A stretch of 64,000 nucleotides of DNA from Acidobacteriota bacterium (GCA_027459505.1 DAIDIE010000001.1:26318-90317), one strand, 5' to 3'; shown: positions 48,420 through 58,567, counted from the stretch's first letter. Numbers and translations are program-made. Notes: generated by a model from the sequence alone, not told the origin.

Positions 48420-48899
48420 TCACCGCCGGCCTTGTTTCCTGCCGGCACACGAGTGTATATAGTCGTTCACGTTGATGGCGTGCCAATCGCCGTTCTCGAT
48501 TTCCTCGCGGATCTGCGCCGGCGTCTTTCCCTTACGTGTTTCCTGGTAGGCGAACGCGGCTTCCATCAAGCACACTTCGCAGACCGAGGCGTGATCGGAA
48601 ACATAGCAGTCCAGCAGACTGCGGTGCCCCAGCGTTTTGTCGCAACGGCAATAGCAGGGGAGTTGGTACAGCACTGGCTTGATCTTGGCGGCCAAGGCAT
48701 AGATGTTGCGCACTCGCGGATCCTGATACTTGCTTGGGGGTTGCACCGCTGGCAGCGGACCCGGCGGATGGGCGTGGTAGGCTGGCGCGGCCCCCTTCGC
48801 CGGCGTCGCCGCCGTTACATGATCCGCACCTGCGGGCGTTTGCGCGGCAGCCAAGCCCAACAGTGCCCAGGCGCCAAGAATAAAACGCAAACGGGTCAT
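48420..48899 (-). CDS. Secreted PCYCxC-motif protein
   Basis: ATG 48899 overlaps the upstream stop (ATGA). Signal peptide MTRLRFILGAWALLGLAAAQ. Motif LPCYCRCDKTLGH plus a downstream CEVC. It resembles the family annotated as PCYCGC-motif (lipo)proteins (from memory). Confidence 0.65.
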   Translation of the reverse strand: MTRLRFILGAWALLGLAAAQTPAGADHVTAATPAKGAAPAYHAHPPGPLPAVQPPSKYQDPRVRNIYALAAKIKPVLYQLPCYCRCDKTLGHRSLLDCYVSDHASVCEVCLMEAAFAYQETRKGKTPAQIREEIENGDWHAINVNDYIHSCAGRKQGRR

Positions 48900-49954
48900 C
48901 GTTTTCCCTCTCTCTCTTCCGGTCGCAACGGTGCCAGTGGCGCTAAGCGGAAACAACTCCGGCTGCTGCCATTGCCGTCAAAAAGCCGAAGCCTCCCGCG
49001 CCGGATGGCGTGCAGACCGTTCCGCAAACGCCTGCGGCGGTTACGGCTGGCACGAATCTCCCGGGCCAGCAACAGCCCGGCTGCATCGGCTTCCTGCCAA
49101 AGCACTGGCTTGTGCGGTCGCAAGGAATTGACTCGGCAAGGTTGCACCCCCGCCAACTCGGACTGGCCAACCACCTGCGCCCCGCCATCACTCATTGGCG
49201 CAAAGAGCCCGGCGGATCGCCACGATAAAAGCACCTCCGCCCGATTCGACTGGCTCCAGCGCCGCAGCATTGACTCAGTCTCCGCGGGTCCTGTCCAGAA
49301 AACGACAACGTGCACCCCTTGGAGAGCATCCACCGCCGCGTCCTCGCTGGCCAGCAGCACCTTTGGCGCACTCACTCCAAGCGCCTTCGCCGCCGCTAAA
49401 AACGCCAGCTCCCCCTCGCGGCCGTCGTGATCGTTTGCCGTTACCAGCAGAACGCGAGCCGCTGATCTCCCCCCCGTGCGGTAGACGGCGTGGGCTAGCA
49501 GTTGCGCCTGTTGGCGATCGCTGGGCGCCACCCGGAATATCCAGGACAGATGAGCGCTGGTCGTCGTGTTGTCGCTGGCGGTGCTGACGACCGGGACGCC
49601 GAGTTTGGCGGCGATCAACTCGCAGAGGTGCGTAGTCTCACCGTCGGGCGCAAGCAGCGCCAATGCGTGGTCGGCGAAGGCCAGTTGGACGACTTTGCTC
49701 GTCGTTTGGCCCCATTCCTGGCTGGCATCGGCCACATCCACATCAACGCACGGCACTCCCCTCAATCCCGCCCGAATCCCTTGCAACCAAGCCTCCCCAG
49801 CCGCTTTCTCCCGCCCCCGCAACCCCGCCACAACCCCTATAGAAGTGGCGCCGGCGCATGCATGCTCCACGCCCTGCGGCGATTGCGCCGCCGTCACCGC
49901 AATGCCGCCCAACAGCGACACCAGCAACCCCACCATCGCCCGGCCCCCGCTCAT
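48896..49954 (-). CDS. Periplasmic binding protein, type 1 (LivK/Peripla_BP_6-like)
   Basis: Signal peptide, then SIGVVAGLRG...WLQGIR...PVVSTASDNTTT...IFRVAPSD...ARVLLVTANDHDGREG, a pattern like ABC branched-chain amino-acid/amide binding proteins. ATGA overlaps at both ends. Confidence 0.6.
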   Translation of the reverse strand: MSGGRAMVGLLVSLLGGIAVTAAQSPQGVEHACAGATSIGVVAGLRGREKAAGEAWLQGIRAGLRGVPCVDVDVADASQEWGQTTSKVVQLAFADHALALLAPDGETTHLCELIAAKLGVPVVSTASDNTTTSAHLSWIFRVAPSDRQQAQLLAHAVYRTGGRSAARVLLVTANDHDGREGELAFLAAAKALGVSAPKVLLASEDAAVDALQGVHVVVFWTGPAETESMLRRWSQSNRAEVLLSWRSAGLFAPMSDGGAQVVGQSELAGVQPCRVNSLRPHKPVLWQEADAAGLLLAREIRASRNRRRRLRNGLHAIRRGRLRLFDGNGSSRSCFRLAPLAPLRPEEREGKR

Positions 49955-51333
49955 TGCCCCCCGCTAATCTTCTCGAATTTGAACTGCCGGTGCTCCACCC
50001 GCGCTACGGGAACGGGGGCAATATCGTTGAGCGTGTAATCGAAGAAGCTTGGCCCGCTCACCCCACAGTAGCCCTTCATCTCATAATTCTTCAGTGCCTC
50101 CATAATCCCTGGGCGGCTCAAGCCGCCGCGCTGAATGGCGCCGATCAATATGTTCATGCCGTCATAGGCCCGCGCCGCATACGCATCCGGCAGCCGATGG
50201 TAGCGCTGCTCGAACTCCCGGCGGAATGCCCGCCAGCGCGGATCGGTGCGGGTGGGATCAAGAGCGCAGGTCACAACCAGGCCATTGGCGGCCGCTCCGG
50301 CCGCCTGCAGAAAGCGTTGCGTGCATAAGCGGCTACCGCCGAAGACGGCCGCCTGGATGTGCGCCGCGCGCAGCGCCCGCAGCTGAACCGCCGCACCCCT
50401 TGGACCACCCCACAGCACTACGGCCTGCGGATGCGTCGCCGCAATGATTCGGGCCAACCGCGCCGCGCTGTTGGGATTGGTCTGCGCGGGATCGTATTCC
50501 AACTCCGCCACCGGTGGGGCGCCGGCGCGCCGTGCCACATTGACGAACTCCCGGATCCCGAGACGCCCATACCGGCTAACGCTCACCAAAACCGCGATCC
50601 GTGTCAACTTCCGCCTTCGAAAAATAACATTGGCTAGCGCATATCCCTGCTGCCGGTCGTCGGGAAACTCCCGCAGCAGCCACGGTACCCGCGTCTCGGT
50701 CAGCGTCGGGTCGGAAGTGCCGGTATTCACTATCGGCAACCCCACCTTCAACGCGACCCGCAGTGCGACGTGCGTGCTGACCGCGTTTATCGATCCCAGC
50801 ATCGCCCAGACGTGTTGACGAAACACCATGTCCGCGATTTCGTTGGCCGACGATCCCCACAGTGCGGCATCGTTGTGGAGTCTAAGAACATAGGGAATGC
50901 CCGCACCCCCCGAGCGGAGATGGAATCCCCCCTTGGCATTGGCTTGCTCCACGGCCAATTGCGCGCCCTCAAGCATTGCGAGCCCAAAGCCGTGTCCGCG
51001 CGCGCTCTTTTTAATGGGACCGAGCAGTCCGATGGCCACTTGCTGCGGTGCCCGATCACTCTCCCCCGTCACCTGGTTCGGCGTCCGGTCGAGCCGCAGC
51101 GTTTCCGGCGACAGATACCACTCGTGGTACGGCTTGGCGAAATGACGGAACGCGACCGCCGCCAGCGGCATGTTGGCGTAGCGCAAGTGCGCGGCTGCCG
51201 GTGTCGGCGCGCACCCCCCCGGCAGTTGCGCGCCGCTGAGCCCGCTCAGCAACAAGCCAATACCTATCAGCCTCAGCCGCCAAAGCATAAACCCTCCTGC
51301 TCTCATCCGCCTACTTCGATTCCGGCGATTCAA
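49951..51333 (-). CDS. Periplasmic binding protein, type 1 (LivK/Peripla_BP_6-like), paralogous in architecture to the next gene
   Basis: VAIGLLGPI...MLEGAQLAVEQANAKGG..., GSINAVSTHVALRVALKVGLPIVNTGTSDPTLTE..., REFPDDRQQG..., IAVLVSVSRYGRLG. The start is uncertain (51333, 51306 or 51288). Confidence 0.65.
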   Translation of the reverse strand: MNRRNRSRRMRAGGFMLWRLRLIGIGLLLSGLSGAQLPGGCAPTPAAAHLRYANMPLAAVAFRHFAKPYHEWYLSPETLRLDRTPNQVTGESDRAPQQVAIGLLGPIKKSARGHGFGLAMLEGAQLAVEQANAKGGFHLRSGGAGIPYVLRLHNDAALWGSSANEIADMVFRQHVWAMLGSINAVSTHVALRVALKVGLPIVNTGTSDPTLTETRVPWLLREFPDDRQQGYALANVIFRRRKLTRIAVLVSVSRYGRLGIREFVNVARRAGAPPVAELEYDPAQTNPNSAARLARIIAATHPQAVVLWGGPRGAAVQLRALRAAHIQAAVFGGSRLCTQRFLQAAGAAANGLVVTCALDPTRTDPRWRAFRREFEQRYHRLPDAYAARAYDGMNILIGAIQRGGLSRPGIMEALKNYEMKGYCGVSGPSFFDYTLNDIAPVPVARVEHRQFKFEKISGGQ

Positions 51334-51799
51334 AAATCGCCATGCATTCCATCTCGATCAGCAGGTCGGGACGGCAGAGAATCGCCTGAATGCCGGTCGA
51401 AGCCGGCAGTGGCGCCAGTTCCTGCCGCCGGAAAAACTCCGTGCGGATTTCGTTGAAGGCAACATAGTCGCGCTCAATATCCCGCAGGTAGCACGTGGTG
51501 CGAACGACATCCTTCCAACTTGCGCCCTCCGCTTCCAGCAGAGCGGTGATGTTTTGGTAGGTTCTCCAGGTCTGCGCGCTAAAGTCTCCCAGGTGGATCG
51601 TCTTGCCGTGCTCGTCAATACTGGCCGTTCCGGATATCATCAGGATGGTGACTCCCTTGATGTCCAGACGCAAACCGCGCGAAAACGACACCGGCTGCGG
51701 GTAATCGTAGGCCTCACAAAGGTTTTTGAGCGCGGTTATGGGTTGTTTCGCGATCGGCACGTGGGCCGCCGGCTGACTCGGTGCGAGGATGGAACTCAT
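51311..51799 (-). CDS. RidA/YjgF/chorismatase-superfamily protein
   Basis: ATG 51799 with AAGGAGA RBS. ILMISGTASIDEHGK..., QTWRTYQNITALLEAEGASWKDVVRTTCYL.D...F...R, and ...PASTGIQA.L......IEMECMA resemble the RidA fold. No signal peptide. Confidence 0.65.
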   Translation of the reverse strand: MSSILAPSQPAAHVPIAKQPITALKNLCEAYDYPQPVSFSRGLRLDIKGVTILMISGTASIDEHGKTIHLGDFSAQTWRTYQNITALLEAEGASWKDVVRTTCYLRDIERDYVAFNEIRTEFFRRQELAPLPASTGIQAILCRPDLLIEMECMAIFESPESK

Positions 51800-51800
51800 G

Positions 51801-52904
51801 CTAATTCTCCTTTTTGAATAGGGGTTGTGGGTTGAGCCCGAGACTGACGCCTTGGGCCGTGGCCACCCAAAGGCGGCCCGGTTGAAAAGCAACATCGTAG
51901 AGATAGGCGCTCGCGGGAGCAGTGGCGGTCTTGCGCCTGGCCGCGACTCGGCCGGCGCCGTTGACCAGCTCGACTTCGGTTCCTGCACCCTGCCGCCGGT
52001 AGACAATCCATCGCCGGCGGGCCGGCTCAAACTCATTCAGCCCGCGATTGGTGCAAATCCAAACCGCCGCTCCGCGAGCATGAACCTTGTTGATGAAGTT
52101 CGAAATCAATCCGCTGTCGCTGGCCAAATAGTTGTGCCAATCGCGGCCGTCATACCCGCTCAAGCCGAAGTAAGTGCCGGCCCACCACCATTGCGTGGCC
52201 CGGTCGTAGCTCACCGAGGAGACCACGTCATTGACCAGTCCCTGATTGCGGAACAGCACGATTTCCGGCGACTGGTTGGGGTTGGTGAAGGGGCGCCAGT
52301 AACGGCCCCGTTGGTTGTACTCCAGAATTCCGCTGCCCCACATCGCCACCAGCACCCGTCCGGGTGCGACCGTCACCCCATATCCCCATGGATCGCCCAT
52401 GGGCGCGTTCTCCTGCGTGTACGTGGTCCATTCCTGGGTGTCCGGATCGAACCGGCTCACCCCGGCCGCCGTCGCAAACCACAGCGTGCGCCCTTCAATA
52501 GCGATCCCGTAGACAACGTTGTTCACCAATCCGCTGTTGAGCTGGGTGTAGTTATGGAACACACCGCCGGAATATTGGCTGACCCCGCCAAAAGTCCCGA
52601 TCCAAAGATCGCCCGTTTGCGGATCCGGCGCTAGCGACAAAACCGCCTGCTGGACCAGGCCGTCCTTGCTCGTCAAAGTCTTCCAGCGGCCGTGGCGGTA
52701 ATACGCCAAACCGTTTTCCGTTCCCGCCCAAACGCGGTGCCCTTGTAACGCAAGGCAGAAAACCCGCCCCGGCGGCAAGCCCTCCCTGGGCCCAAAGTTT
52801 TGCCAACGCGTGTAAATGATCGGCGCTGGCGCCACTGCCGGCGCCGCGCCCACCAGGGCGGCGACCAGCCCCACCACAATTGCGAGATGAAGTGTCCGAT
52901 TCAT
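51801..52904 (-). CDS. Secreted beta-propeller protein (two-component-regulator-propeller-like repeats)
   Basis: Signal peptide MNRTLHLAIVVGLVAALVGAAPA. Repeated ...WAGTENGLAYY..., LWIGTFGGVSQY, LWFATAAGVSRF, WWAGTYFGLSGY, VWICTNRGLNEF and LWVATAQGVSL units. Confidence 0.65.
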   Translation of the reverse strand: MNRTLHLAIVVGLVAALVGAAPAVAPAPIIYTRWQNFGPREGLPPGRVFCLALQGHRVWAGTENGLAYYRHGRWKTLTSKDGLVQQAVLSLAPDPQTGDLWIGTFGGVSQYSGGVFHNYTQLNSGLVNNVVYGIAIEGRTLWFATAAGVSRFDPDTQEWTTYTQENAPMGDPWGYGVTVAPGRVLVAMWGSGILEYNQRGRYWRPFTNPNQSPEIVLFRNQGLVNDVVSSVSYDRATQWWWAGTYFGLSGYDGRDWHNYLASDSGLISNFINKVHARGAAVWICTNRGLNEFEPARRRWIVYRRQGAGTEVELVNGAGRVAARRKTATAPASAYLYDVAFQPGRLWVATAQGVSLGLNPQPLFKKEN

Positions 52905-52920
52905 GTTTTCCTCGCCAGCG

Positions 52921-54780
52921 CTAGAACGTGTGCAGATACTGAATGAGGTCGTTGAGATCGCGCTTGCTCATTCCGGCGATAACTCCGTGCTTTTGCGTCT
53001 GGTTGTATTTGGTCCAGATTTCTTCCAGCGAGCGCGCTTCGCCATTGTGCAGGTACGGCGGACTGAGCGCGATTTCCTCCAACTGCGGAATATCCACCCT
53101 TCCACCGTGAAAGCAGGAATTGTCGTCGGCGGCCGTCATCGTGCCCACATTCACGCTGAAGCGCGCCGTGCCATGCGACGCTGGGTTGTGGCAGCCGGCG
53201 CAGCCCATGTTGTCGAACAGGGCCTTGCCGCGCCGCTGCTGCCGCGTCAGTGGTTGGCCAACGCGGTGATAAGGATTCGGGGGCAGCGGTATCGAGCTCA
53301 CAAAAGCCACCAGATCTTCCAGCTCCCTCTTGTGGCCCAGAAATCCCTGCGACCGGAAAATGATCGCCGCCGCGCCCACGCCGTCCTGCGTTTCCAGGTT
53401 GGGGCTGCTGGCGTTCCAATTGAACGGAGCCGTTCCGGCAATTCCCCGCAGCGTGCGTACGGTGACCCGGCAGCGCCCCATGGTTCGGCTTTGCAGGTCC
53501 CACGCCAACCCGTTTTGATCGCCTTCCGGATGGCAACTCGCGCAAGCGACCCCGCCTTGGTAGGCGAAGCGAGCGCTATAAAACAACCGTTGCCCGCGCC
53601 GCCGCGGCGTGATGGCTTCAACGCCATTGAGCGGGATTGTCGCCGTCGTCCAGGTGCGCAAGTCAATGCGCGTGAGGGAGTCGTCCAGCCGGTTGACAAC
53701 TACCGCAAAGCGCCCGGCCGGCGCCACCGCCACCGCCACCGGATCGCGTCCGCTCGCAATCTCGCGCTCTTCAAAGCGCGCCGCCGTGTCCATGCGATCG
53801 GCCATCCGCGCCGGGGGATGGCCGAGCAGCCCCAACAGGCCGCGCGTGTCAAACACTGCAACGCGATTGGAGGCCGCGCTCGTGACTAGAATGTGTCCTC
53901 CGCCTCTGGTGAAGGCCAGACCCTCGGGTAACGCGAAGCCACGCTCCATCGAGTCCAGCGGAAATTGCAGCGTGGCCGGCGTTGTGCCCTCTCTGGGAAG
54001 CAGTGCGGCCATGGCGTTGTTCAGCGTCCAGCCCTGGGAAACGCGGACGATGGGCACCTCGTTGTGCGGGCGAATCTCAGGAATCAAAATGACGCCGGGC
54101 CAAGGGCGGGGCGCCTCCGCCGGCGTGCGCAACTGAACCGCATTGGGCACCGCGATGCGCCGGGCCACGGTAAGGCTCGCAACCCGGATCACCGTCACCT
54201 CCGATACCGGCGCTTGGTCATAAGGATGCAGCGGCGCTTGGAGGCCCGAAACGTAGACATACCGGCCACCGCGCGACAGCATCACCCCATGCGGCCAACG
54301 CCAGGCCGCAAGCCGCTTCAACTCCTTGCCCGTCTTCAGATCGTCGATCGAAACGTCGTTGCTTTCGCTGTTGGCGATGAATAGATGCCGCCCCTCGCGA
54401 TCAGTCGTCAGGCCAACCGGCCCCCAGCCAGTAGGCAACGTGCGCAGCAGGCCAAGACTGTGCGCGTCAAGTTCGCTGACATTGTTCGCCCAGGTGTTCG
54501 AAACGAAAAGGGTGCGGCCACCGGACGCTATGGCCAGCCCGGATGGGTGCGCACCCACTGTGGCACGGCGCAGAATCTTGCCCGAAGCCGCATCCAACGC
54601 CAACAGCTCGTTGCTGCCTTGGCACAGCACATAGAGCGTGCGCCCGCTGGGCGAAAAAACGACCGCCTCGGGATCAAGATAGTGCGGCGCGCCCGCCGCG
54701 GGCGCGCCCTGAGCGCCGCTGCCGTACCCTACGGCGGCCATCACCAACAACACGCAAGACCGGCGCCAGCGCTTAAACAT
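52921..54780 (-). CDS. Secreted YVTN-type beta-propeller fused to a di-heme cytochrome c peroxidase/MauG-like domain
   Basis: Signal peptide. Blades GRTLYVLCQGSNELLALD, GRTLFVSNTWANNVSELD, GRHLFIANSESNDVSIDD and GRYVYVSG. Two CxxCH sites (CASCH, CAGCH). C-terminal PPYLHNGEARSLEEI is typical of CCP/MauG. Confidence 0.75.
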   Translation of the reverse strand: MFKRWRRSCVLLVMAAVGYGSGAQGAPAAGAPHYLDPEAVVFSPSGRTLYVLCQGSNELLALDAASGKILRRATVGAHPSGLAIASGGRTLFVSNTWANNVSELDAHSLGLLRTLPTGWGPVGLTTDREGRHLFIANSESNDVSIDDLKTGKELKRLAAWRWPHGVMLSRGGRYVYVSGLQAPLHPYDQAPVSEVTVIRVASLTVARRIAVPNAVQLRTPAEAPRPWPGVILIPEIRPHNEVPIVRVSQGWTLNNAMAALLPREGTTPATLQFPLDSMERGFALPEGLAFTRGGGHILVTSAASNRVAVFDTRGLLGLLGHPPARMADRMDTAARFEEREIASGRDPVAVAVAPAGRFAVVVNRLDDSLTRIDLRTWTTATIPLNGVEAITPRRRGQRLFYSARFAYQGGVACASCHPEGDQNGLAWDLQSRTMGRCRVTVRTLRGIAGTAPFNWNASSPNLETQDGVGAAAIIFRSQGFLGHKRELEDLVAFVSSIPLPPNPYHRVGQPLTRQQRRGKALFDNMGCAGCHNPASHGTARFSVNVGTMTAADDNSCFHGGRVDIPQLEEIALSPPYLHNGEARSLEEIWTKYNQTQKHGVIAGMSKRDLNDLIQYLHTF

Positions 54781-56479
54781 GCTTCCCCCTGGCCGTCTCC
54801 TCTTCCGCTTCGGTAACGGTCACAATCTGGTCGGCCCGGGTCTGGCCCAGTCGCTGCACGACCCCGCTTGGCCAATGAACCTCGACCTGATCGGCATGAG
54901 TCGCCCGCCCCAGACCGAAGTGCGGCCGGGAGTCGCTTTGCGAGAGATATCCGGAAGCGGAAACGCACTCAATCATCTGCCGATGTCCGCCGGCGGTGAC
55001 GAAAACGCGCGCCCCATAACCATTGCGATTGCTTCGCCGCCCCACCAGACGCAACTTCAGCCAGTGGTGCGGATCCGGCCCGCGCGCCGTGTTCTTCAGC
55101 AGCACCCCGTCCCCATTCAGCGATATCAGAAAGGCGCCCATGCGGCCGTCGTTGTCGAAGTCGGCAAAGGCCGCCCCACGCCCCACCAAACGGCGCCGGA
55201 AGATCCCGCCACCCGCCTCGGAAACGTCGCTGAAGCGCGCCCCTTCCGCCCCGGCGCCCATATTGCGCAGCAGCGAAGGCTCCATCGCCACCGGCCAGTT
55301 CAACCCCCCGTTGAGAATGAAGATATCCTTCCAGCCGTCGTTGTCGAAGTCGAAAATTCCGTCGCCCCAGGAGACGTATTGCCCGGATATCGCGGCTACT
55401 CCCGCGGCTACCGTGACATCGTCGAAGCCGCGCGCTCCGCGGTTGCGGAAAAGACGGTGATAGTGCGTGTCGGTGACAAACAGATCAAGCTGGCCGCGGT
55501 TTTCCAGATCGGCGAAAATCGGCCCCATCGCCGAATCGGTTTCGCCGTCCTGCCCGTAGGCCACCCCCAGCTCCGCCCCCACCTCGCTAAAAGTGCCGTT
55601 GTGGTTGTTATGGAAGAGATAGCTCTCCATGCTGTCGTTGGCGACGTAGATATCGGGCCAACCGTCGTTGTCGTAGTCGCCAACCGTCACGCTCATCGCC
55701 CTGCCACCCGGCTTGAACACGCCAGCGTCATGCGTCACGTCGCTGAACGTGCCGTTGCCGTTGTTATGAAAAAGCCGGTTCGATTCCCCGTCGTAGTTGA
55801 GCGGCCCGGGAAAGTGATCGGCGCCGTAGTAGGTGCGCAGGCGGGGATCGAAACGCAGGTAGTTGCCCACGAACAGGTCCAGACGGCCATCGCGGTCGAT
55901 ATCCACCCACGCGGCGCCCGTCCCAAAACGAGGATTGCCCACGCCCGCTTGGGCGGTGATATCCGTGAACGTTCCGTCGCCGTTGTTGTGATACAGAATC
56001 GCCGAACCGTAGTTGGTGACGTAGATGTCATCGAATCCGTCGTTGTCGAAATCACCCACCGTCACGCCCATGGCGAACCCCCGGCCACTCACGCCTGCTT
56101 TCGCCGTCACATCGGTGAAGGTGCCGTCGCCATTGTTGCGATAAAGACGATTGCCGGCATCCTGGCGCGTCGCCGGCGAGCTATCAGTGACTCCCGGTAT
56201 GTAGCGCCCGTTGAGAACATACAGATCCAGCAGGCCATCGTTGTTGTAGTCCATCCAGGCGCAGCCCGATCCCGTGGCCTCGACGATGTTGCTCAAGTCG
56301 GTTTCGCCGAAAACATGGCGGAACTCGATGCCCGCTCTTCGCGTCACGTCGCGAAACAGCGGCCAGCCCTGAGGCGCGGTAGGGGCGGCGGTACGAACCG
56401 GCCGCGCCAGCCCGCGCATCGCCCAGGCGGCGGGCGTCGCCGCCAGAAACTGCAGCAGCTGTCTCCGGGAAGTCTTCAT
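54773..56479 (-). CDS. CRTAC1-like protein: Tat-signal, FG-GAP/VCBS repeats, ASPIC/UnbV C-terminal domain
   Basis: ATG 56479 gives MKTSRRQLLQFLAATPAAWA (twin-arginine signal). Repeated NNGDGTFTD(V/I)T and DYDNDG/DFDNDG units. C-terminal SASGYLSQSDSRPHFGLG. The start overlaps the upstream TAA by 1 nt (TAATG). Confidence 0.8.
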   Translation of the reverse strand: MKTSRRQLLQFLAATPAAWAMRGLARPVRTAAPTAPQGWPLFRDVTRRAGIEFRHVFGETDLSNIVEATGSGCAWMDYNNDGLLDLYVLNGRYIPGVTDSSPATRQDAGNRLYRNNGDGTFTDVTAKAGVSGRGFAMGVTVGDFDNDGFDDIYVTNYGSAILYHNNGDGTFTDITAQAGVGNPRFGTGAAWVDIDRDGRLDLFVGNYLRFDPRLRTYYGADHFPGPLNYDGESNRLFHNNGNGTFSDVTHDAGVFKPGGRAMSVTVGDYDNDGWPDIYVANDSMESYLFHNNHNGTFSEVGAELGVAYGQDGETDSAMGPIFADLENRGQLDLFVTDTHYHRLFRNRGARGFDDVTVAAGVAAISGQYVSWGDGIFDFDNDGWKDIFILNGGLNWPVAMEPSLLRNMGAGAEGARFSDVSEAGGGIFRRRLVGRGAAFADFDNDGRMGAFLISLNGDGVLLKNTARGPDPHHWLKLRLVGRRSNRNGYGARVFVTAGGHRQMIECVSASGYLSQSDSRPHFGLGRATHADQVEVHWPSGVVQRLGQTRADQIVTVTEAEEETARGKHV

Positions 56480-58074
56480 TATTGTTCTGCTCCTTGAACG
56501 GGACTGGCGCCGGAACCCGGCGGCATTGGCGGCATCCGCCTGCACAGCGTCACTGAACACTGCTTCCGCGTTCCCCGCTGCGCTGCGGGCTTCAACATCG
56601 AAACCGTTCTTCTGCTCGCGCCGGTCTTGGAACGCCGCGGCACGCCGGTCCTCTTTCCGCCGCCCTGCGTCCGCGCTGCCGGCGCCCCCGCGGCAGTCGC
56701 TGCCGGCCCGCCAATGACGTAAGGAATCCGCTTTCGCCGTAATATCAGCGGCCACCGGTTCGGCGGCGCAAGCGCCTCACTTTCGTGACAGCCGGTGCAG
56801 GCGTGTTGCTCGTCCGGGCGCACCCAGATCCAGCTCCGCTGCTCCCGCAACACCCGGTCAGCCGCATCCAGCAGTTGAAACCGGATCGCCCGGTCCGCGG
56901 CTACTTGCACATAAAACGACCCATCACTTGCCACCGGCGCCGTGCCCAGCGTTTCCGAGCCATGCGAACTCCGCCCCAAAATCCGCACCCGCACCGCCGC
57001 GGCGGCCACGGCCCGTGGGTTCATGCTGAGGCGGCTGTTCAAACACAATAGTTGCCCCTCCCCCATGCGGTAGAGCGGCAAGTTCAGCCACTGCAAAATG
57101 CTTGGATACACCAACGGCGCCGCATGCGCCTGCAAGCGAACCACTTCCACCAGCGACCCTGCCACCCCATCCCCGCGCAACAGCGGCCGCACGCGGTGTG
57201 TGCGCGGATGAAACATGACGGGAAGATAGCGACTGCCCCTGCGCTGGGAGGCCACTACCCACCCGTTCTCGAACGGGCGTGGCCAATACAAACTTCCGGT
57301 CTCGATCCCCAGCGGCAACGCCCGCACCGCCCCCGCACGCAATTCCCACAGTGTCGCGGCTCGGCCCGGTTGTTGCCCGCGGAAGACGAGCGTGCCCGCT
57401 GCGATTTCTGCCGCTTCTGTATTTCTCGTGCCGGTGTGCGTCACGTCGCGCAACACCCGGAGGCCGGAGCCGTCGGGATGAAGTACGTAGAGCTGCCGGC
57501 TCCGTTGCACCAGCCCCGGCGCGCGCAGTGGCCATCCCGCTGAAACCAGCAGTCGGCCGTCGTGCAACACGTCCTCCAGCCGGAAGTCCCCGGGGCCGAA
57601 CGTGATCGGCTGGGTCGCTGCGGAGGCTGTGCGCACATAGATCTGGGCCCGCCCCCGAACCGACTCACCTGTATACGCGATGGCGCCTTCCGCCAGATAC
57701 AAAGGGTGAAGGCAGTTGTCGCGACCGTGGGTCAGCTGCCGCAAACCCGTGCCATCCGCCTTCAATGTCCAAACTTGCCAGCGAGAATCCGCTTTACGTT
57801 GGGCGGAAAAAAGAATCTGTTTGCCGTCGAACGAGACTTCCGGATCGCGAACGGCAAAAAACGGCAGGTTCAGCACGGTTCGATCGCGCTTGCCTCCGCT
57901 CCCCACCAACACAAGTTTGCTGCCCCTTGGAAAACGGCGGATCAGCCGGCCGGCATCCACCGCGGGCGCCTCAACTCCTACCCAACGAACACTCCGCGCA
58001 CCGGAGCTCTGGGCTGAAAGGATGGCGCCGGCGAGCAAACCGGCGGTCAAGAAAATGATGATTCGACGAGCCAT
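56479..58074 (-). CDS. Secreted PD40/TolB-like beta-propeller protein with C-terminal CxxCH heme motif
   Basis: ATG 58074 gives MARRIIIFLTAGLLAGAILSAQ. Then FDGKQILFSAQRKADSRWQVWTLKADGTGLRQLT (PD40-like). The C-terminal LGTAPVASDGSFYVQVAADRAIRFQLLD......WIWVRPDEQHACTGCHE resembles the segment annotated in some databases as the hydrazine-synthase-alpha middle domain (from memory). Confidence 0.7.
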   Translation of the reverse strand: MARRIIIFLTAGLLAGAILSAQSSGARSVRWVGVEAPAVDAGRLIRRFPRGSKLVLVGSGGKRDRTVLNLPFFAVRDPEVSFDGKQILFSAQRKADSRWQVWTLKADGTGLRQLTHGRDNCLHPLYLAEGAIAYTGESVRGRAQIYVRTASAATQPITFGPGDFRLEDVLHDGRLLVSAGWPLRAPGLVQRSRQLYVLHPDGSGLRVLRDVTHTGTRNTEAAEIAAGTLVFRGQQPGRAATLWELRAGAVRALPLGIETGSLYWPRPFENGWVVASQRRGSRYLPVMFHPRTHRVRPLLRGDGVAGSLVEVVRLQAHAAPLVYPSILQWLNLPLYRMGEGQLLCLNSRLSMNPRAVAAAAVRVRILGRSSHGSETLGTAPVASDGSFYVQVAADRAIRFQLLDAADRVLREQRSWIWVRPDEQHACTGCHESEALAPPNRWPLILRRKRIPYVIGGPAATAAGAPAARTQGGGKRTGVPRRSKTGASRRTVSMLKPAAQRGTRKQCSVTLCRRMPPMPPGSGASPVQGAEQ

Positions 58075-58567
58075 ATTGCAGAGCGTGCCCACGGATGCTG
58101 ACGGCCATCTCATTTCTTCTCTTCCGTCGGCGCAGTCCGTATGTAATAGCACCGCCGCCCCGGATTCCATGACAATTCGCAGGAAAACGCCCGTAGTTCA
58201 CCATAAACAGCGAACTAGTCTGGCGGCATCGAGAGAGGTACTCGAAAGGCATTAGCATCCCTGGCAGGACCAGAGGCAGTTCGAATCGGATTGACTTGGA
58301 AATTGCAGGCCAAAATGCCTTGGGCGTTGCGCGGGCGCGCAGCGCCGGCACGCCGCGTCATGAACTGGCGCCGGCAAGGGACGTATGGGGAAAGAGCCGT
58401 GCCGCATGCCCTGAGGTTCTGGGAACGGGCCGCCGGCGTGAGTTATCGAGAAGTCGCGGTGACGTTGTGGCCGCCTCGGGGAATGGCGGTTGCGATGCTG
58501 CCTTCCCGAGACAGCGGCCGGCGGTGGAGCGTGTTACTGTCGCGCCGCCCCCGCGCGTTGGCAAAGC

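Noticed and set aside
48381-48422. Possible read-through of the TGA that ends the PCYCxC gene, giving ...VRLIVDTRHGVEGAQR*. It was examined because of the selenoprotein candidate elsewhere in the window.
   Set aside because: The extension simply runs into the duplicated aroA tail inside the left direct repeat. There is no Cys-adjacent redox context and no convincing hairpin, so it is most likely an ordinary stop.
58194-58217. Inverted repeat TAGTTC-N12-GAACTA, 120 nt upstream of the island operon, considered as an operator.
   Set aside because: It has only 6-bp arms and matches no known consensus. There is no second copy in the window, so the evidence is too weak to annotate as a regulatory feature.
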